Shown: positions 30,363 to 40,506 of the stretch, piece after piece
Position numbering within the stretch: the first letter of the stretch is position 1
How the letters are laid out: the number at the start of each line of letters is the position of its first letter
The notes under the pieces: generated by a model
What the model was told of the DNA's origin: nothing
The model's input: only the letters and a program-made list of their open reading frames with translations
Database searches by the model: none
IMG/VR virus record: IMGVR_UViG_2724679293_000007
Location: 32,001 to 96,000 of that record
Length of the DNA: 64,000 bases
Direction: 5' to 3' (one strand)
From: a virus
Lineage: Duplodnaviria > Heunggongvirae > Uroviricota > Caudoviricetes
Made by a program: the position numbers and the translations under genes

Positions 30363-30412
30363 TAGATTGCTCTAATCTGGAGTCACCTGGCGTTTTCAGT
30401 TTGAGGTCGGAG

Positions 30413-30658
30413 ATGCAATCTGATTTTTTACAGTTAGCGATCGCTTTTGCAGGATATGTTTGTATTGGCTTCTGTGTATACATGATCAGCCGAAAAATGC
30501 TTGTCGATATCGACCGCAAAGAACGAGCAGAGGAGATCTTAGTATGGATTTTCTTTGGCGCGGTCTGGCCATTAGGGATCATGTTTGCTGCAACATTTCT
30601 TCTGATGTGGATATTCACCCTTCCAGGTGATTTCTATAGAAAAAAAGCCAGACATTGA
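30413..30658 (+). CDS. Small membrane protein (81 aa from the internal Met)
   Basis: Two hydrophobic helices; start placed after the repL stop. Confidence 0.4.
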   Translation: MQSDFLQLAIAFAGYVCIGFCVYMISRKMLVDIDRKERAEEILVWIFFGAVWPLGIMFAATFLLMWIFTLPGDFYRKKARH

Positions 30659-30781
30659 TACAATCGTTGCGGGTGCTTGAGGCTATCTGCTTCAGGCATG
30701 ACCCGAAAAGCAGATAGAAGAAAGCCCCAGATAACATTACGCGTCCTGCAAGACGCTTAACATTAATCTGAGGCCATATCT

Positions 30782-30988
30782 ATGCTTAGCATACGTAGAT
30801 TAGCCTCTTACCGACCAAAAGGTCAAGGAGAAGCAGGCTATGAAGCAGCAAAAAGCGATGTTAATCGCTCTGATCGTCATCTGTTTAACCGTCATTGTGA
30901 CGGCACTGGTAACGAGGAAAGACCTCTGCGAGGTACGAATCCGAACCGGCCAGACGGAGGTCACTGTCTTCACAGCCTACGAATCTGA
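30782..30988 (+). CDS. mok-like overlapping reading frame of the hok locus
   Basis: ORF overlapping the hok-like gene in another frame and ending 7 bp before its stop, as in hok/mok loci. Confidence 0.4.
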   Translation: MLSIRRLASYRPKGQGEAGYEAAKSDVNRSDRHLFNRHCDGTGNEERPLRGTNPNRPDGGHCLHSLRI

Positions 30989-30995
30989 AAGGTAA
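30840..30995 (+). CDS. hok: Hok/Gef-family type I toxin (51 aa)
   Basis: MKQQKAMLIALIVICLTVIVTALVTRKDLCEVRIRTGQTEVTVFTAYESEER; AAGGAG Shine-Dalgarno 8 nt upstream; conserved LTRKxLCExR...AYES pattern. Confidence 0.8.
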   Translation: MKQQKAMLIALIVICLTVIVTALVTRKDLCEVRIRTGQTEVTVFTAYESER

Positions 30996-31314
30996 GAGAC
31001 CTGGCGGGGAGTGATCCCCGCCACTCTTCGTGTGTCTGGTAACCTCAATGCACCCTTTTCTCCCCAATAGTGTAAAACACAATGAAGTAGAAGGAGTTAT
31101 TTCACATCATGCAAAGATTCAGACCATATCTCCCAATAGCCTTCGCGACATGATGACTTTCAGAAATATCTAGCTGTTAACAAAATTCCATACTTGCTTT
31201 GCTAATACCACCTAGATTATATATGGAAAAATACACCTAAAACTTAAACAAATTATATCCACAACAAACATCCATCTATTAGGATTAAAATTAATTTAAT
31301 AATAAATAATACAA

Positions 31315-31341
31315 CACCGGTTCATTTTCTAACAAACCGGT
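31315..31341 (-). terminator. Rho-independent terminator of the MazG-like gene
   Basis: caccggtt-loop-aaccggtg stem followed on the - strand by a T-rich run. Confidence 0.5.
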
Positions 31342-31349
31342 GGGCACCA

Positions 31350-32420
31350 TTATTGGAATAACTTACTGATTACATTAAAAACATTAAGGGCGTTACTTGC
31401 CACACTAGACATCTTGGCTGAATTTTTTTCGATTGAGTCAAGAACACTTTCGACTTCCGATAAAGTTCTTCTGCTATCTGCATCTTTTCCTGAGTCTATC
31501 GCATCTTTAATTGCAGATATAGCAGACTCTAAATTCTCCTTAAACTCACCTGTCGTCTCATCCTTCAAGAGAAGTTCTAACTCTTGTTTAAGTTTTTCCA
31601 ATGATGCTCTTTTCTCATCAGTTTTACTAATCTTCCCTGAATAACTGACACAAACACATTCTCTTTTATTGCAGACAGGACAACCATTTAGATAATAACT
31701 TTCAAACGCCTCGCCAAGATCATCATCTTTAAAAATAATCCCCCATAAAGAAAACAACCAAGCATATATATCAGCACACTCTTCATGAAGATTTTCTTTG
31801 TTGTAATTTTTATCTTCAATTGATTTAGCATAAGCCTCTTGCAACTCACCCAACTCTTCGAATAACCTGGATGAATGATAAAACCCACCAAAAGTAGACC
31901 AAATGGTTCTATTCGACGGATAGATATCATTAATCATTCGTGGCGCATAAGGCGGAAATTGCATAGGTTTAATAGCGTTATATTTATTGAAAAGCTCATC
32001 TTTAATTCCTTTTGCGCTTCTTATTTTCTCTGGCTTTCTGTGTGTTTGAGAACAGGAACAAGGCGCCCCTAAGCAATAAGGACAGCAACTAGGGAATTTT
32101 TTATAAAATGCTTCCTGTGGTTGTATTTCAAGTTTATCACAGATTGCAAAAAGCCAAGACAATGCTTCTATATAGGTATTTTTTAATAATTCTTTATCCT
32201 GATTACCATCACGAATAAACTCACGTGTTAAATAAGCTGTTTTCCTTGTCAGATAAGAGTACATATACTCAAATGATTTTTCTTCATTTTTTTTGCTGTA
32301 AATACCTACAATAATATTGCTCATATCATTGATACGTAACATGACATTCCTCTTAAATAAGCCAATACTTCCTAGAACCATATATGCTTCGACAAAGATT
32401 AACGGACATCTTGCCTTCAC
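31350..32420 (-). CDS. Tandem MazG/HisE-like all-alpha NTP-pyrophosphohydrolase-like protein with two Cys clusters (about 330-356 aa)
   Basis: Repeat 2 has EELGELQEAYAKS...EECADIYAWLFSLW then CPVCNKRECVCV; repeat 1 is analogous with CCPYCLGAPCSCS; strongly AT-rich. Confidence 0.5.
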   Translation of the reverse strand: MKARCPLIFVEAYMVLGSIGLFKRNVMLRINDMSNIIVGIYSKKNEEKSFEYMYSYLTRKTAYLTREFIRDGNQDKELLKNTYIEALSWLFAICDKLEIQPQEAFYKKFPSCCPYCLGAPCSCSQTHRKPEKIRSAKGIKDELFNKYNAIKPMQFPPYAPRMINDIYPSNRTIWSTFGGFYHSSRLFEELGELQEAYAKSIEDKNYNKENLHEECADIYAWLFSLWGIIFKDDDLGEAFESYYLNGCPVCNKRECVCVSYSGKISKTDEKRASLEKLKQELELLLKDETTGEFKENLESAISAIKDAIDSGKDADSRRTLSEVESVLDSIEKNSAKMSSVASNALNVFNVISKLFQ

Positions 32421-32639
32421 AAACTTTGACGCTACATAAATTTAACCATGTGCATACTAAATATTTAAGGTAGAAAAGTATAGGAGTATTTATTAATAGG
32501 TAACTGTTAGTTTACACTCACTTCATACCAGAGTATTTACAAGATGTTATTTTACTCTATTCGCTAGGCGGTGGAATGCGGTTGTATCAAGGGGAGGTAA
32601 ACCTCCCCCGAAGAAGATTAAAAGTACAAGGGATAACAC

Positions 32640-33149
32640 TTAATCCCACTCAATCCAGTTGTAGACGATACGAAGTGACGGGCGCACAGCGGCAGTCACA
32701 TCTTCGGTACTAAAGTCGATTGCATCACTGTAGATTTTGCAGTCCAACATTTCAATTGTTGTAGCAGCTTTTGTCACAGCGTTAACCCCGGAAGATTTGG
32801 ATTCAGGGGTAGCAGCCATCGTGATATCAACATAGTCCTTCGCCGCAATGCGATCTTTAATGAACTGAAGAATATCGCCTTCGATAGTCTCCACGCACTG
32901 GACCTGGATTTCCCCAGAGTTTCGAATTGGACCGTGCTGATTGAACTTCACACCATTCGGACCATAGTCCTCCACATCCTCGCGGGTCATTTCAGGAATT
33001 TGCGACGTGCGAACCAGTACGCTGATATCTTCATGGCCTGCAAAAGTGAGCTGGAATTCAGAAGATACCAGTCGTTCGCCTTTGGCCGCGTTGGCAGTAT
33101 AGCGGCCCTTAATAAATTTACGGTTTCCCTTAGTGTTATTGTGCCCCAT
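32640..33149 (-). CDS. Structural protein (169 aa), possible tail-tube-like
   Basis: ORF in the structural operon; followed by a perfect GGGGAGGT-AAA-CCTCCCC hairpin. Confidence 0.4.
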   Translation of the reverse strand: MGHNNTKGNRKFIKGRYTANAAKGERLVSSEFQLTFAGHEDISVLVRTSQIPEMTREDVEDYGPNGVKFNQHGPIRNSGEIQVQCVETIEGDILQFIKDRIAAKDYVDITMAATPESKSSGVNAVTKAATTIEMLDCKIYSDAIDFSTEDVTAAVRPSLRIVYNWIEWD

Positions 33150-33160
33150 ATAAAATCCTT

Positions 33161-33742
33161 TTACTGGAACGCCCGAACAATATCGGAGCTGTTATATATC
33201 GAAGAACCGGTCAACTGGAGGTTGACGGTGTTTTTCAGGAAATGCCCATTGCTGTCCCTGGGTGCATCGAGATCGAAACTTATGTCCTGGATAGCGACAT
33301 CAATGATGTTGATCCGGCGACCAATGTTTAGCGTCACACGCTCCGGGATTCGACCACCAATACTGGCATCTTTAAGTTCCGGGCTAATCATCGCTGACAA
33401 TGCGGCGATAGCTCCTGAAACCTCCGTGAATGGGTCAAACAAAGCGATGAAAGTTACTGGCAGCGTGAAAGTCGGCGGTGTTCCCCCCTCCCAAACCATT
33501 AAGCTGTTCCAACGGGCCACCGACGTTGTTTCAGTACCAACCTGCGCAAAACCACTGAAAGCACCAGCAACAGACCCCATGGACATACCGGTAAACGGCG
33601 CTTCCCAATTCTGGGCCATGTTCATTGCTGCCCCCTGGCTGATATATCCGGTAACCTGGTACTGAGAGTTCGTTAAAGTAACTTTCAGAAATGGCGATAC
33701 ACCATCAGCCTGGCTGTAAACCCCATAAGGTATAGGTGCCAT
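33161..33742 (-). CDS. Structural protein (193 aa)
   Basis: ORF in the structural operon. Confidence 0.4.
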   Translation of the reverse strand: MAPIPYGVYSQADGVSPFLKVTLTNSQYQVTGYISQGAAMNMAQNWEAPFTGMSMGSVAGAFSGFAQVGTETTSVARWNSLMVWEGGTPPTFTLPVTFIALFDPFTEVSGAIAALSAMISPELKDASIGGRIPERVTLNIGRRINIIDVAIQDISFDLDAPRDSNGHFLKNTVNLQLTGSSIYNSSDIVRAFQ

Positions 33743-33777
33743 TCAAGTTAAAGGCCGGAGTTCTCCGGCCTCCTCCT

Positions 33778-34593
33778 TTAGCCAAGGCGCTTACGGCGCA
33801 GTTTCATTGACTTTTTGCGGGCAAGTTTTGCCGCGCCGGTCTGGGCTTTTCGACGCGCTTTTTTCAGCGCCGATTTTTGAGCCGCAGTCAGACGTTTTTT
33901 CCGCAGGCGTTTACGGATGAGTTTGATCTCACCGTTACGAACAACCTTCTTAAATGCTTCAGTCAGCATTTCATCAGAAGTGCCAGCAACAACAAACGCC
34001 GCTTCCAGTTCGTCGCGGTCGTCGCTATCTAAGCCAGCGATAGAGGCACCAACATCAGCAGCAGCGTCGTCGTCTTCATCGTCAGCCAGTGCTTCGATCA
34101 TGTCATCATCTACACCGCATGCTGCGAGGAAGTCAGCAACATTTGCCCATGCTTCGTTATAGGCATCGTCCTGTTCTTCTGTAACTTCGGAGTCGTCGTC
34201 ATCAGAGATACCAGCGATAGCCTGAACGAAACCATCAAGGGAGTCGAAAGTCAGATCACCGCTATCAGCCCAGGCGAAAACGGCATCGGCCGCATCACTC
34301 AACGCATTCTGCATCGCACTTCGATTTGCAGCTTCCAGAATCATCTGGTGCGCCTGTTCAACGGTCCATTCTTTACCGTCTTTCTCTTCCAGGATTTGCT
34401 CAGGAGCCGGATCAGATGGAACGTTATCGTTAGTCTGTGCCGCCGGTTCCGGATTATTATTAATAACCGGATCTGTTGGCGGTTCGGCGCTTGCTCGGGC
34501 AGACTCCATCAGCTGCACAGGATCAGAGTTCAAAGCGAAACGGGACAGTCCATTCCCCAAAAATGCCCCGGATTGAAAAAAGTTTTTGCTCAT
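33778..34593 (-). CDS. Highly acidic protein with basic C-terminal tail (271 aa)
   Basis: Asp/Glu-rich core and KR-rich C-terminus; scaffold or internal-protein-like. Confidence 0.4.
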   Translation of the reverse strand: MSKNFFQSGAFLGNGLSRFALNSDPVQLMESARASAEPPTDPVINNNPEPAAQTNDNVPSDPAPEQILEEKDGKEWTVEQAHQMILEAANRSAMQNALSDAADAVFAWADSGDLTFDSLDGFVQAIAGISDDDDSEVTEEQDDAYNEAWANVADFLAACGVDDDMIEALADDEDDDAAADVGASIAGLDSDDRDELEAAFVVAGTSDEMLTEAFKKVVRNGEIKLIRKRLRKKRLTAAQKSALKKARRKAQTGAAKLARKKSMKLRRKRLG

Positions 34594-34602
34594 TGTATTC
34601 CC

Positions 34603-36192
34603 TTACTTAATAAGCAGCGGTACGCCCTGGATACGACGGGCTACGCCAGTCGGGCAGCAGGCCCAGACTGCTTCCCATTTATCGAATTCCGCCTGCGTAA
34701 CTTTCAGCACATACGGTTCTGTACCGTCAGCATCAGGATCACGAGGAGCCACCAGAGCGCCGGAGGCGACAAAGCGATCTAAAAGTTTGGTCATCCCTTT
34801 AGTCAGACCAGCCGCAGTAATACCGTCCGGGCTATGCTTCATCTGTCGGGCTAACTGGACAAAGAAACGGCTGATTGCATTCATCAGGGATGGGACGTGC
34901 TGGAAGTGCAGATAGTTATCCTGCGTGCAGCAAGTTAAAGCATCGTCGATGATCATCTGGCCAGAGGTGCCAACAGATACTTTATTGAGACGGCCCTTGA
35001 CCATTGCTTCTTCGTCCGGGGTATCTTCCGGATACAGCGGTTGAATTGACGCACGAGCAATGACGGCACGTTCTTCACCAGCCGGTGAGTAATGCCAACC
35101 GCCGACATCAGAGTTTTTCTTGACGCCACGAGCTTTCGCCGCATACGCCGAGCCAGACAGACCGAAGACCACACGGGATTGGGTCCATTTGTCTTTGCAG
35201 GAGAACGGGAAGTGATAGACAGCACAGCTTACATAATCGGTACCAAGTAAACCGGTATCTTCAACAGCAGAGATCGCTTCCGTGTACGTCAATGTCGGTT
35301 TGACATCAAAGAAGCCATCAATCAGGCGATCTGCACAGATTTTACCTAATGCGGTGATAGCCGCATTGTCATAGCAGCCCAAGCCAAGAACAGCGGTGTA
35401 CATGTACGGCGCATTGTTCAGCACTTTCACCGCACGCAGGTACGCAGCGGTTGAGATTTTCGACTGATCACCGTTGGTACCACCAGTGAACGCCAACGAT
35501 TTTTTGTTTGTTACTTTCGCTGTAGAAATCAGATCTTCATTAACAACCGCGCGCAGATATTTAGAACGGGCTTCCAGAGCCGTAGGCAGATAACACAAGC
35601 GGCCCATGTCATCTTTCGCTTCTTCCGCCAAAGACACAGTGTGTGTCTCCAGGGTCGTTACCACACCGAGCGAAGTCGTCTGGGTCAGTTTTAAGAGGAA
35701 GCGTTCATTACCCGCGCTGTCCGCTGTTGCCGTTTCGATGGTTAACTCACGGGTAGGTGAAATACACGGATCACCATCATCAACGTAGATAGCAAAGGCT
35801 TCGCCGCTATCAAGTTCAATTTCAGAACCATATGGCAACGCACTGTAAGCCGGTTCGCCTGATTCATCGAACATAATAATCGGGAACTTCGCATCATCCG
35901 GAACAGCACGGACAACATAACCAGACGTTTGCTGAATAGCTTCGTACACATGGCGAATTGGTTCGAACTGTGAGCCGGAAGACGGCTTCAGCGGTTCGCC
36001 GAGAACATCTTCGTAATTGGACTCAGTAACCGCAAGAACAGTAAACGGCTTGCCACGCGCAAATACGCCAATACCAGCCCACAAGCTGCTATTTAATGCA
36101 ACACCGGTAGATAACGTAGCATCGGCATTGATCGGGCTAACCGCGACGCCGGATGCATTACCTAATGACTGTTGAATTGAATATTGAGACAT
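34603..36192 (-). CDS. Probable contractile tail sheath protein (529 aa)
   Basis: Size and position (P1 gene 22 position, from memory). Confidence 0.45.
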   Translation of the reverse strand: MSQYSIQQSLGNASGVAVSPINADATLSTGVALNSSLWAGIGVFARGKPFTVLAVTESNYEDVLGEPLKPSSGSQFEPIRHVYEAIQQTSGYVVRAVPDDAKFPIIMFDESGEPAYSALPYGSEIELDSGEAFAIYVDDGDPCISPTRELTIETATADSAGNERFLLKLTQTTSLGVVTTLETHTVSLAEEAKDDMGRLCYLPTALEARSKYLRAVVNEDLISTAKVTNKKSLAFTGGTNGDQSKISTAAYLRAVKVLNNAPYMYTAVLGLGCYDNAAITALGKICADRLIDGFFDVKPTLTYTEAISAVEDTGLLGTDYVSCAVYHFPFSCKDKWTQSRVVFGLSGSAYAAKARGVKKNSDVGGWHYSPAGEERAVIARASIQPLYPEDTPDEEAMVKGRLNKVSVGTSGQMIIDDALTCCTQDNYLHFQHVPSLMNAISRFFVQLARQMKHSPDGITAAGLTKGMTKLLDRFVASGALVAPRDPDADGTEPYVLKVTQAEFDKWEAVWACCPTGVARRIQGVPLLIK

Positions 36193-36252
36193 AACTTTCC
36201 CTGTTATGCGCCCCGCACGGGGGCGCTATGTTAAACGGAGAACTTCCCCTGA

Positions 36253-37980
36253 TTACTCAGAGTCACCGGCATCAATCGTGTCGCCGCTTATGAAGTTAAG
36301 CCCGCCTTTTTTGGCCATTGTCAGCGTTACACGAGTGAAGTAATCAGCGCCGTTGCGTGGGTGCATATCGTTGATAGCCGAACCCCACAGTGTGGTACGG
36401 TTGACCAGCGCCGGAGTGGTCGGATGCTGGAACGGGATAGCCGGGACAGCATCACCAGTCACGAAGCCTGCTTTACCCGGATTTTCATCACGGACGTAGC
36501 ACAGCACATCCATCGAGCTGAACTGAATGTTCTCTGTCGTTAAGTTCTTACAAATACCAGCAGGTACTTCGTACACTTTCACGTTACCGAACAGGGTACC
36601 GATGTAGTGAACATACGGAGTCTGGATATAGTCTTCGGCTGGCTGGAAGAAATCCTTCGGCAACTGTTTGAAGAAAGATGCTGCATCAGCACCAGCAAAC
36701 ATCCCCATCGCACCAGAAGATTTAACGCGCTCAATAATGTCGCGATATACAGTCTGGAATTTGCCACGAATGATGGTTGCCCATACATCAAAGGACTGGT
36801 TAACCGGCAGAGCGATGTCAAAGGTGTCGGTCGCAAGAGTACGCCAGATCATGATGCGAAGACGCAGCATATCCTGTTCATGAGACAGGTATTCCTTCAG
36901 GGTGCGGAACTGTAGGGAACCCAGGTCCAGACCAAATTCACGCTGTGCTTCATACGCCGCCTGTACCGTGTGCTCAGCCGCGATAACGAACTGGCTTGGG
37001 AACAGGGTGTATTTCTTCATTTCGTGGTTGATCAGCGGGATCAGCTCAGGAGCGGCTTCAATATTGATTTCCGTCTCAATTGCGATCTCAGTGCCTTTAT
37101 CCGGCGCTTTGGAGAACGACAGGGCAATCTGACCAATGTTGTAGTTCAGAGAGCAGGTAACAGTGATTTGCTCACCAGCAGCATTAGTAAACGAGTGAAG
37201 TAGGCTGCCGGAACCGTTATCAACAACAGACTTAATACGGTTAACGTAGATGTTAGTGCGACCTTTTCGGATTGGTACATTCTGGCCTTCGAAGTCTTCC
37301 ATCTTGAAGGTTGCGGTTTTGCTGGTGCCATCGGAGCTTGCCACCAGCACATAGCGGCGGCGTAACTGGCTGTACACACCGACGGATTGCATGTCCAGAA
37401 CATCACCAGCAGCATAAGAACCAAAAGAGGAACCTGCCACGTTAAAGACTTCATAGATGTCGGACTGGTCACGCGTAACCGGAATGAAGGTACACGCATC
37501 AGCGGTAGCTGCCCCCAACTGAACAGGCAGGATCATCGCGAGGAATAAAGGCAGACGCATAACACCGTCAGAAACGCTCATCATCTCTGCTGCGACGGAT
37601 TCCAGCATCGCTTTATTAGTGGCATCCATGCTATTGCGGGTGGACTCAATCAGGCAGTTTTCCAGCGTCTGGTGGCAGGAGGCCAGAATTTCCGGACGCG
37701 GCATAGATTTATGTGCTGCGGCGTAGTCAGCCAGTGCACTTGCCCACGCGGTAGCAATTTGAGCGGTGGCATTATCAGAGATACCCGCAAAAATTGGGTC
37801 TTTACGTGCAGCTTCAAGGATAGATGCGGCACGCGCGGCATCATCTTTGATGAATTGGTTATCAGTACCGAACTGTGCTGTACTTGCCCAGCCAAGAACG
37901 GCTTTAGAGCGTTTTGCGATATCTGCAATACGATTCTGGTATTCGCGTAAGTTACTCAAGTTACTCTTCCTTAAACACAA
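36253..37980 (-). CDS. Major structural protein, probable major capsid protein (575 aa)
   Basis: Size and position adjacent to parS (P1 gene 23 position, from memory). Confidence 0.45.
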   Translation of the reverse strand: MCLRKSNLSNLREYQNRIADIAKRSKAVLGWASTAQFGTDNQFIKDDAARAASILEAARKDPIFAGISDNATAQIATAWASALADYAAAHKSMPRPEILASCHQTLENCLIESTRNSMDATNKAMLESVAAEMMSVSDGVMRLPLFLAMILPVQLGAATADACTFIPVTRDQSDIYEVFNVAGSSFGSYAAGDVLDMQSVGVYSQLRRRYVLVASSDGTSKTATFKMEDFEGQNVPIRKGRTNIYVNRIKSVVDNGSGSLLHSFTNAAGEQITVTCSLNYNIGQIALSFSKAPDKGTEIAIETEINIEAAPELIPLINHEMKKYTLFPSQFVIAAEHTVQAAYEAQREFGLDLGSLQFRTLKEYLSHEQDMLRLRIMIWRTLATDTFDIALPVNQSFDVWATIIRGKFQTVYRDIIERVKSSGAMGMFAGADAASFFKQLPKDFFQPAEDYIQTPYVHYIGTLFGNVKVYEVPAGICKNLTTENIQFSSMDVLCYVRDENPGKAGFVTGDAVPAIPFQHPTTPALVNRTTLWGSAINDMHPRNGADYFTRVTLTMAKKGGLNFISGDTIDAGDSE

Positions 37981-38019
37981 GGCACTTGTGTGAATCCCTT
38001 TTCGGAAGAGATTTTATTG

Positions 38020-38180
38020 AAAGTCACTTGTTGACTTTCTCGCGAAAAGTAATTTTTTAAATTTTTTGTGCGGGGAAGTGGACGGTGAATGCAGGCGTTA
38101 AATCGTGGGAATTTCAGTCTGAAATTCTCCTAAAAAACACATGCAAATCATAATGTTAGCAATGAAATTGGTGCGGGACA
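38020..38180. other. Candidate parS centromere region
   Basis: Downstream of parB; palindromes gaaagtcacttgttgactttc and gaatttcagtctgaaattc with ATTTCA-type heptamers. Confidence 0.45.
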
Positions 38181-38223
38181 TTTTAGGAAGGGGAGGGGCT
38201 AACACCACCTCCCACCAGCGGGA

Positions 38224-39189
38224 TTATTCCCCAGCAGACATTTTCCCAATGATTTTTTTTATTGCTTCGTCAATTTCAGTTTGCACTTCAGACGGGAGTC
38301 TGGAGAACTCGTAGGCGACAACCCGTTTTTTCGGATCGGACTTCTTTCGAGCATATTGGCGACGGTCAGAGAAGTCTCGCAGCTTCTCAACCACCACAGA
38401 TTTAACCGGCGCGGGCTTCAGGCTTTTGCTTTCCGCTTTGAAGATAGCCAGTATCTTCGCTTTATCCTCTTTCGCGCCCTCAGTCTCTGCAATTCGTTCG
38501 CGCACCGTATCAACCAGCTCTTCAATAGGCACGCTTTTAGCGTTGGCATCCTCGGAGATCTGGAGCAGTAACTGGTAATCTGGCAGGGCGAGATCGCTGG
38601 CAACAGGGAAGACAGCAATCATCTCATCCGGCACCGCTGCCGCCTGGAACGCGCGCGTAACTTTAGCCTTTGAAATGTTCTCAGCGCGGGCGATCTCTTC
38701 TTTGGTCATGCTCTTACCATACATAACCTCGAAGCGTTTACCCAGTTCGCGCAGGGTGTGTTCGCGGGCTGTCTGGATATCAATGGCCAGCTGGCGTGCA
38801 TCCGCCAGGCTGATCTCATCTTTCGTCACCAGAATCTCAAATTTCGTTTCATTGAAGATACACGCAGCGCGGCGACGTGATCCGTCCAATACCTCAATGC
38901 GCTCCCCAACCATACGACCGATAGCCGGGAAGAACTGTTGCAATTTAATGGTGCGGGAAATATCGCTTACCGACTCAGGGGTGAGCAGAGACTGATCGCG
39001 GCCGTTAACTGCCGGGTCAACGAACGTGCGCGACTCAATCTCACCACTCAGCACAACGGTAAGCAAAAATTTAGCCTGGCGGCCAGATTTTAGGGTAAAG
39101 GTTTTGGTGCCTTCACTGCCTTCAAGCATGCGAGCAAACTCGGAGCTATTCTTGCCCAGCACTCGTCCACGGGAAACTATTTTTTTCAT
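38224..39189 (-). CDS. parB: ParB partition protein (321 aa)
   Basis: ParB motifs (ILDGSRRR, HTH); overlaps parA by 4 bp. Confidence 0.9.
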   Translation of the reverse strand: MKKIVSRGRVLGKNSSEFARMLEGSEGTKTFTLKSGRQAKFLLTVVLSGEIESRTFVDPAVNGRDQSLLTPESVSDISRTIKLQQFFPAIGRMVGERIEVLDGSRRRAACIFNETKFEILVTKDEISLADARQLAIDIQTAREHTLRELGKRFEVMYGKSMTKEEIARAENISKAKVTRAFQAAAVPDEMIAVFPVASDLALPDYQLLLQISEDANAKSVPIEELVDTVRERIAETEGAKEDKAKILAIFKAESKSLKPAPVKSVVVEKLRDFSDRRQYARKKSDPKKRVVAYEFSRLPSEVQTEIDEAIKKIIGKMSAGE

Positions 39190-40397
39190 GCCGCCTCACC
39201 CCTAACAAACTCAATTCGATCAAACACAGCCTTAGTGAAACGCTCGGCCTCGGTTCGAGCCTTCTTCAGCGCCTCTGCACTGCCTGGATACGATTGCGGG
39301 TTGGCACTGATTACGGTGTCGAAAGACTCGCCGCATCGCTCAAATCCATCCAGACGAGGTAGAGAAGAGTCCAGAATGTTGCTGGCGTAAACCTCACGCG
39401 CAAGGCTGTGTGATGTCTCGTGATCGCGCTTGCCGGTCATCTTCGACATAAAACCAATGCTGGCGCTTAAACGCGGTTCTACGCCTTCCTCCTCCAGTTG
39501 CTCCAGCATTTCTGGCAGACGGGTGAGATATTTCAGTGTTGAGTGGAAGTCAACCTGGGCTGGTGGGGTAGGGGTAAGCAGCAAATCGCTGGCCGCCAGA
39601 CCGTTGAGCAGGAACGGATCCAGGTGTGGACCGGTATCAATAAAGATAAAGTCATAATCATCCGCAACACGATCAATGATATTGCGTCGAAGGATTTCGT
39701 ACTGATTTTGTCCGGGAAGATGCTCTTCAACCAGCTCTTTCCATTGGCTGGCAACAAAGCCATCGTCGATAGAGGCTGGAATCACGTCTACGCCAGGAAC
39801 GATGGTCGGACGAATCACCTCTTTGCGTAGCGTCTCCGCGTCCAGGTCGTTCAGCATCGCCTGCGCGGCGGTTTCCAGGATGGAACCAATACTGTGAGTA
39901 TGGTCGAGGAACATTGTGCTGGATGCCTGAGGGTCAAGGTCAATTACCAGAATGCGCAGATCGTGACGCAGTAAATCCTGATGCACACGCAGAGCGTGCG
40001 CCAACGTGACTGTGGAAACCGTTTTGGATACGCCACCCTTCAGGTTTACGACAAAAATAACGTAAGGCGATTTGTGAATGTCGCGATATTTTGGGATCTT
40101 ACGGTGGGCATAGATATCAATGACGTTCTGGATGGTCAGCGCGTACTGTTCAACGTTACCGACCTGTTTCTTGTTGAACTGGTACCCATCATCTTCCATC
40201 TCTTTGATGGCCTGCTCCACAATGCGGCGGCTCAGCTTCGGCAACTTTGCCACAGCGTTACGAGTGAACGTCTGATAATACTCGGTCTGATTGAACTCTT
40301 TGCGCTGATCTTCAATATCCTGACTCATGGCCTTAAGTAATGCGCTTGCACGAAGAGCTATGGTGCCGACACCGCCGTAATCGCGTTTCATCATCAT
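39186..40397 (-). CDS. parA: ParA partition ATPase (403 aa), type Ia with N-terminal HTH
   Basis: Walker A KGGVSKT; strong resemblance to P1 ParA as recalled. Confidence 0.92.
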   Translation of the reverse strand: MMMKRDYGGVGTIALRASALLKAMSQDIEDQRKEFNQTEYYQTFTRNAVAKLPKLSRRIVEQAIKEMEDDGYQFNKKQVGNVEQYALTIQNVIDIYAHRKIPKYRDIHKSPYVIFVVNLKGGVSKTVSTVTLAHALRVHQDLLRHDLRILVIDLDPQASSTMFLDHTHSIGSILETAAQAMLNDLDAETLRKEVIRPTIVPGVDVIPASIDDGFVASQWKELVEEHLPGQNQYEILRRNIIDRVADDYDFIFIDTGPHLDPFLLNGLAASDLLLTPTPPAQVDFHSTLKYLTRLPEMLEQLEEEGVEPRLSASIGFMSKMTGKRDHETSHSLAREVYASNILDSSLPRLDGFERCGESFDTVISANPQSYPGSAEALKKARTEAERFTKAVFDRIEFVRGEAA

Positions 40398-40506
40398 CTC
40401 CTTATCATTTCGTATGAGTGAATTGTACGTTTGATTCTGCTACGTGCAACTTATTTTGATTCGTGCGTAAATTATTGCACGTAAAGAAATAGCGATGAGG
40501 CTATTA

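Noticed and set aside
30332-30412. Longer N-terminus of the small membrane protein overlapping repL
   Set aside because: The upstream part overlaps the repL 3' end; the internal Met after the repL stop is the more plausible start.
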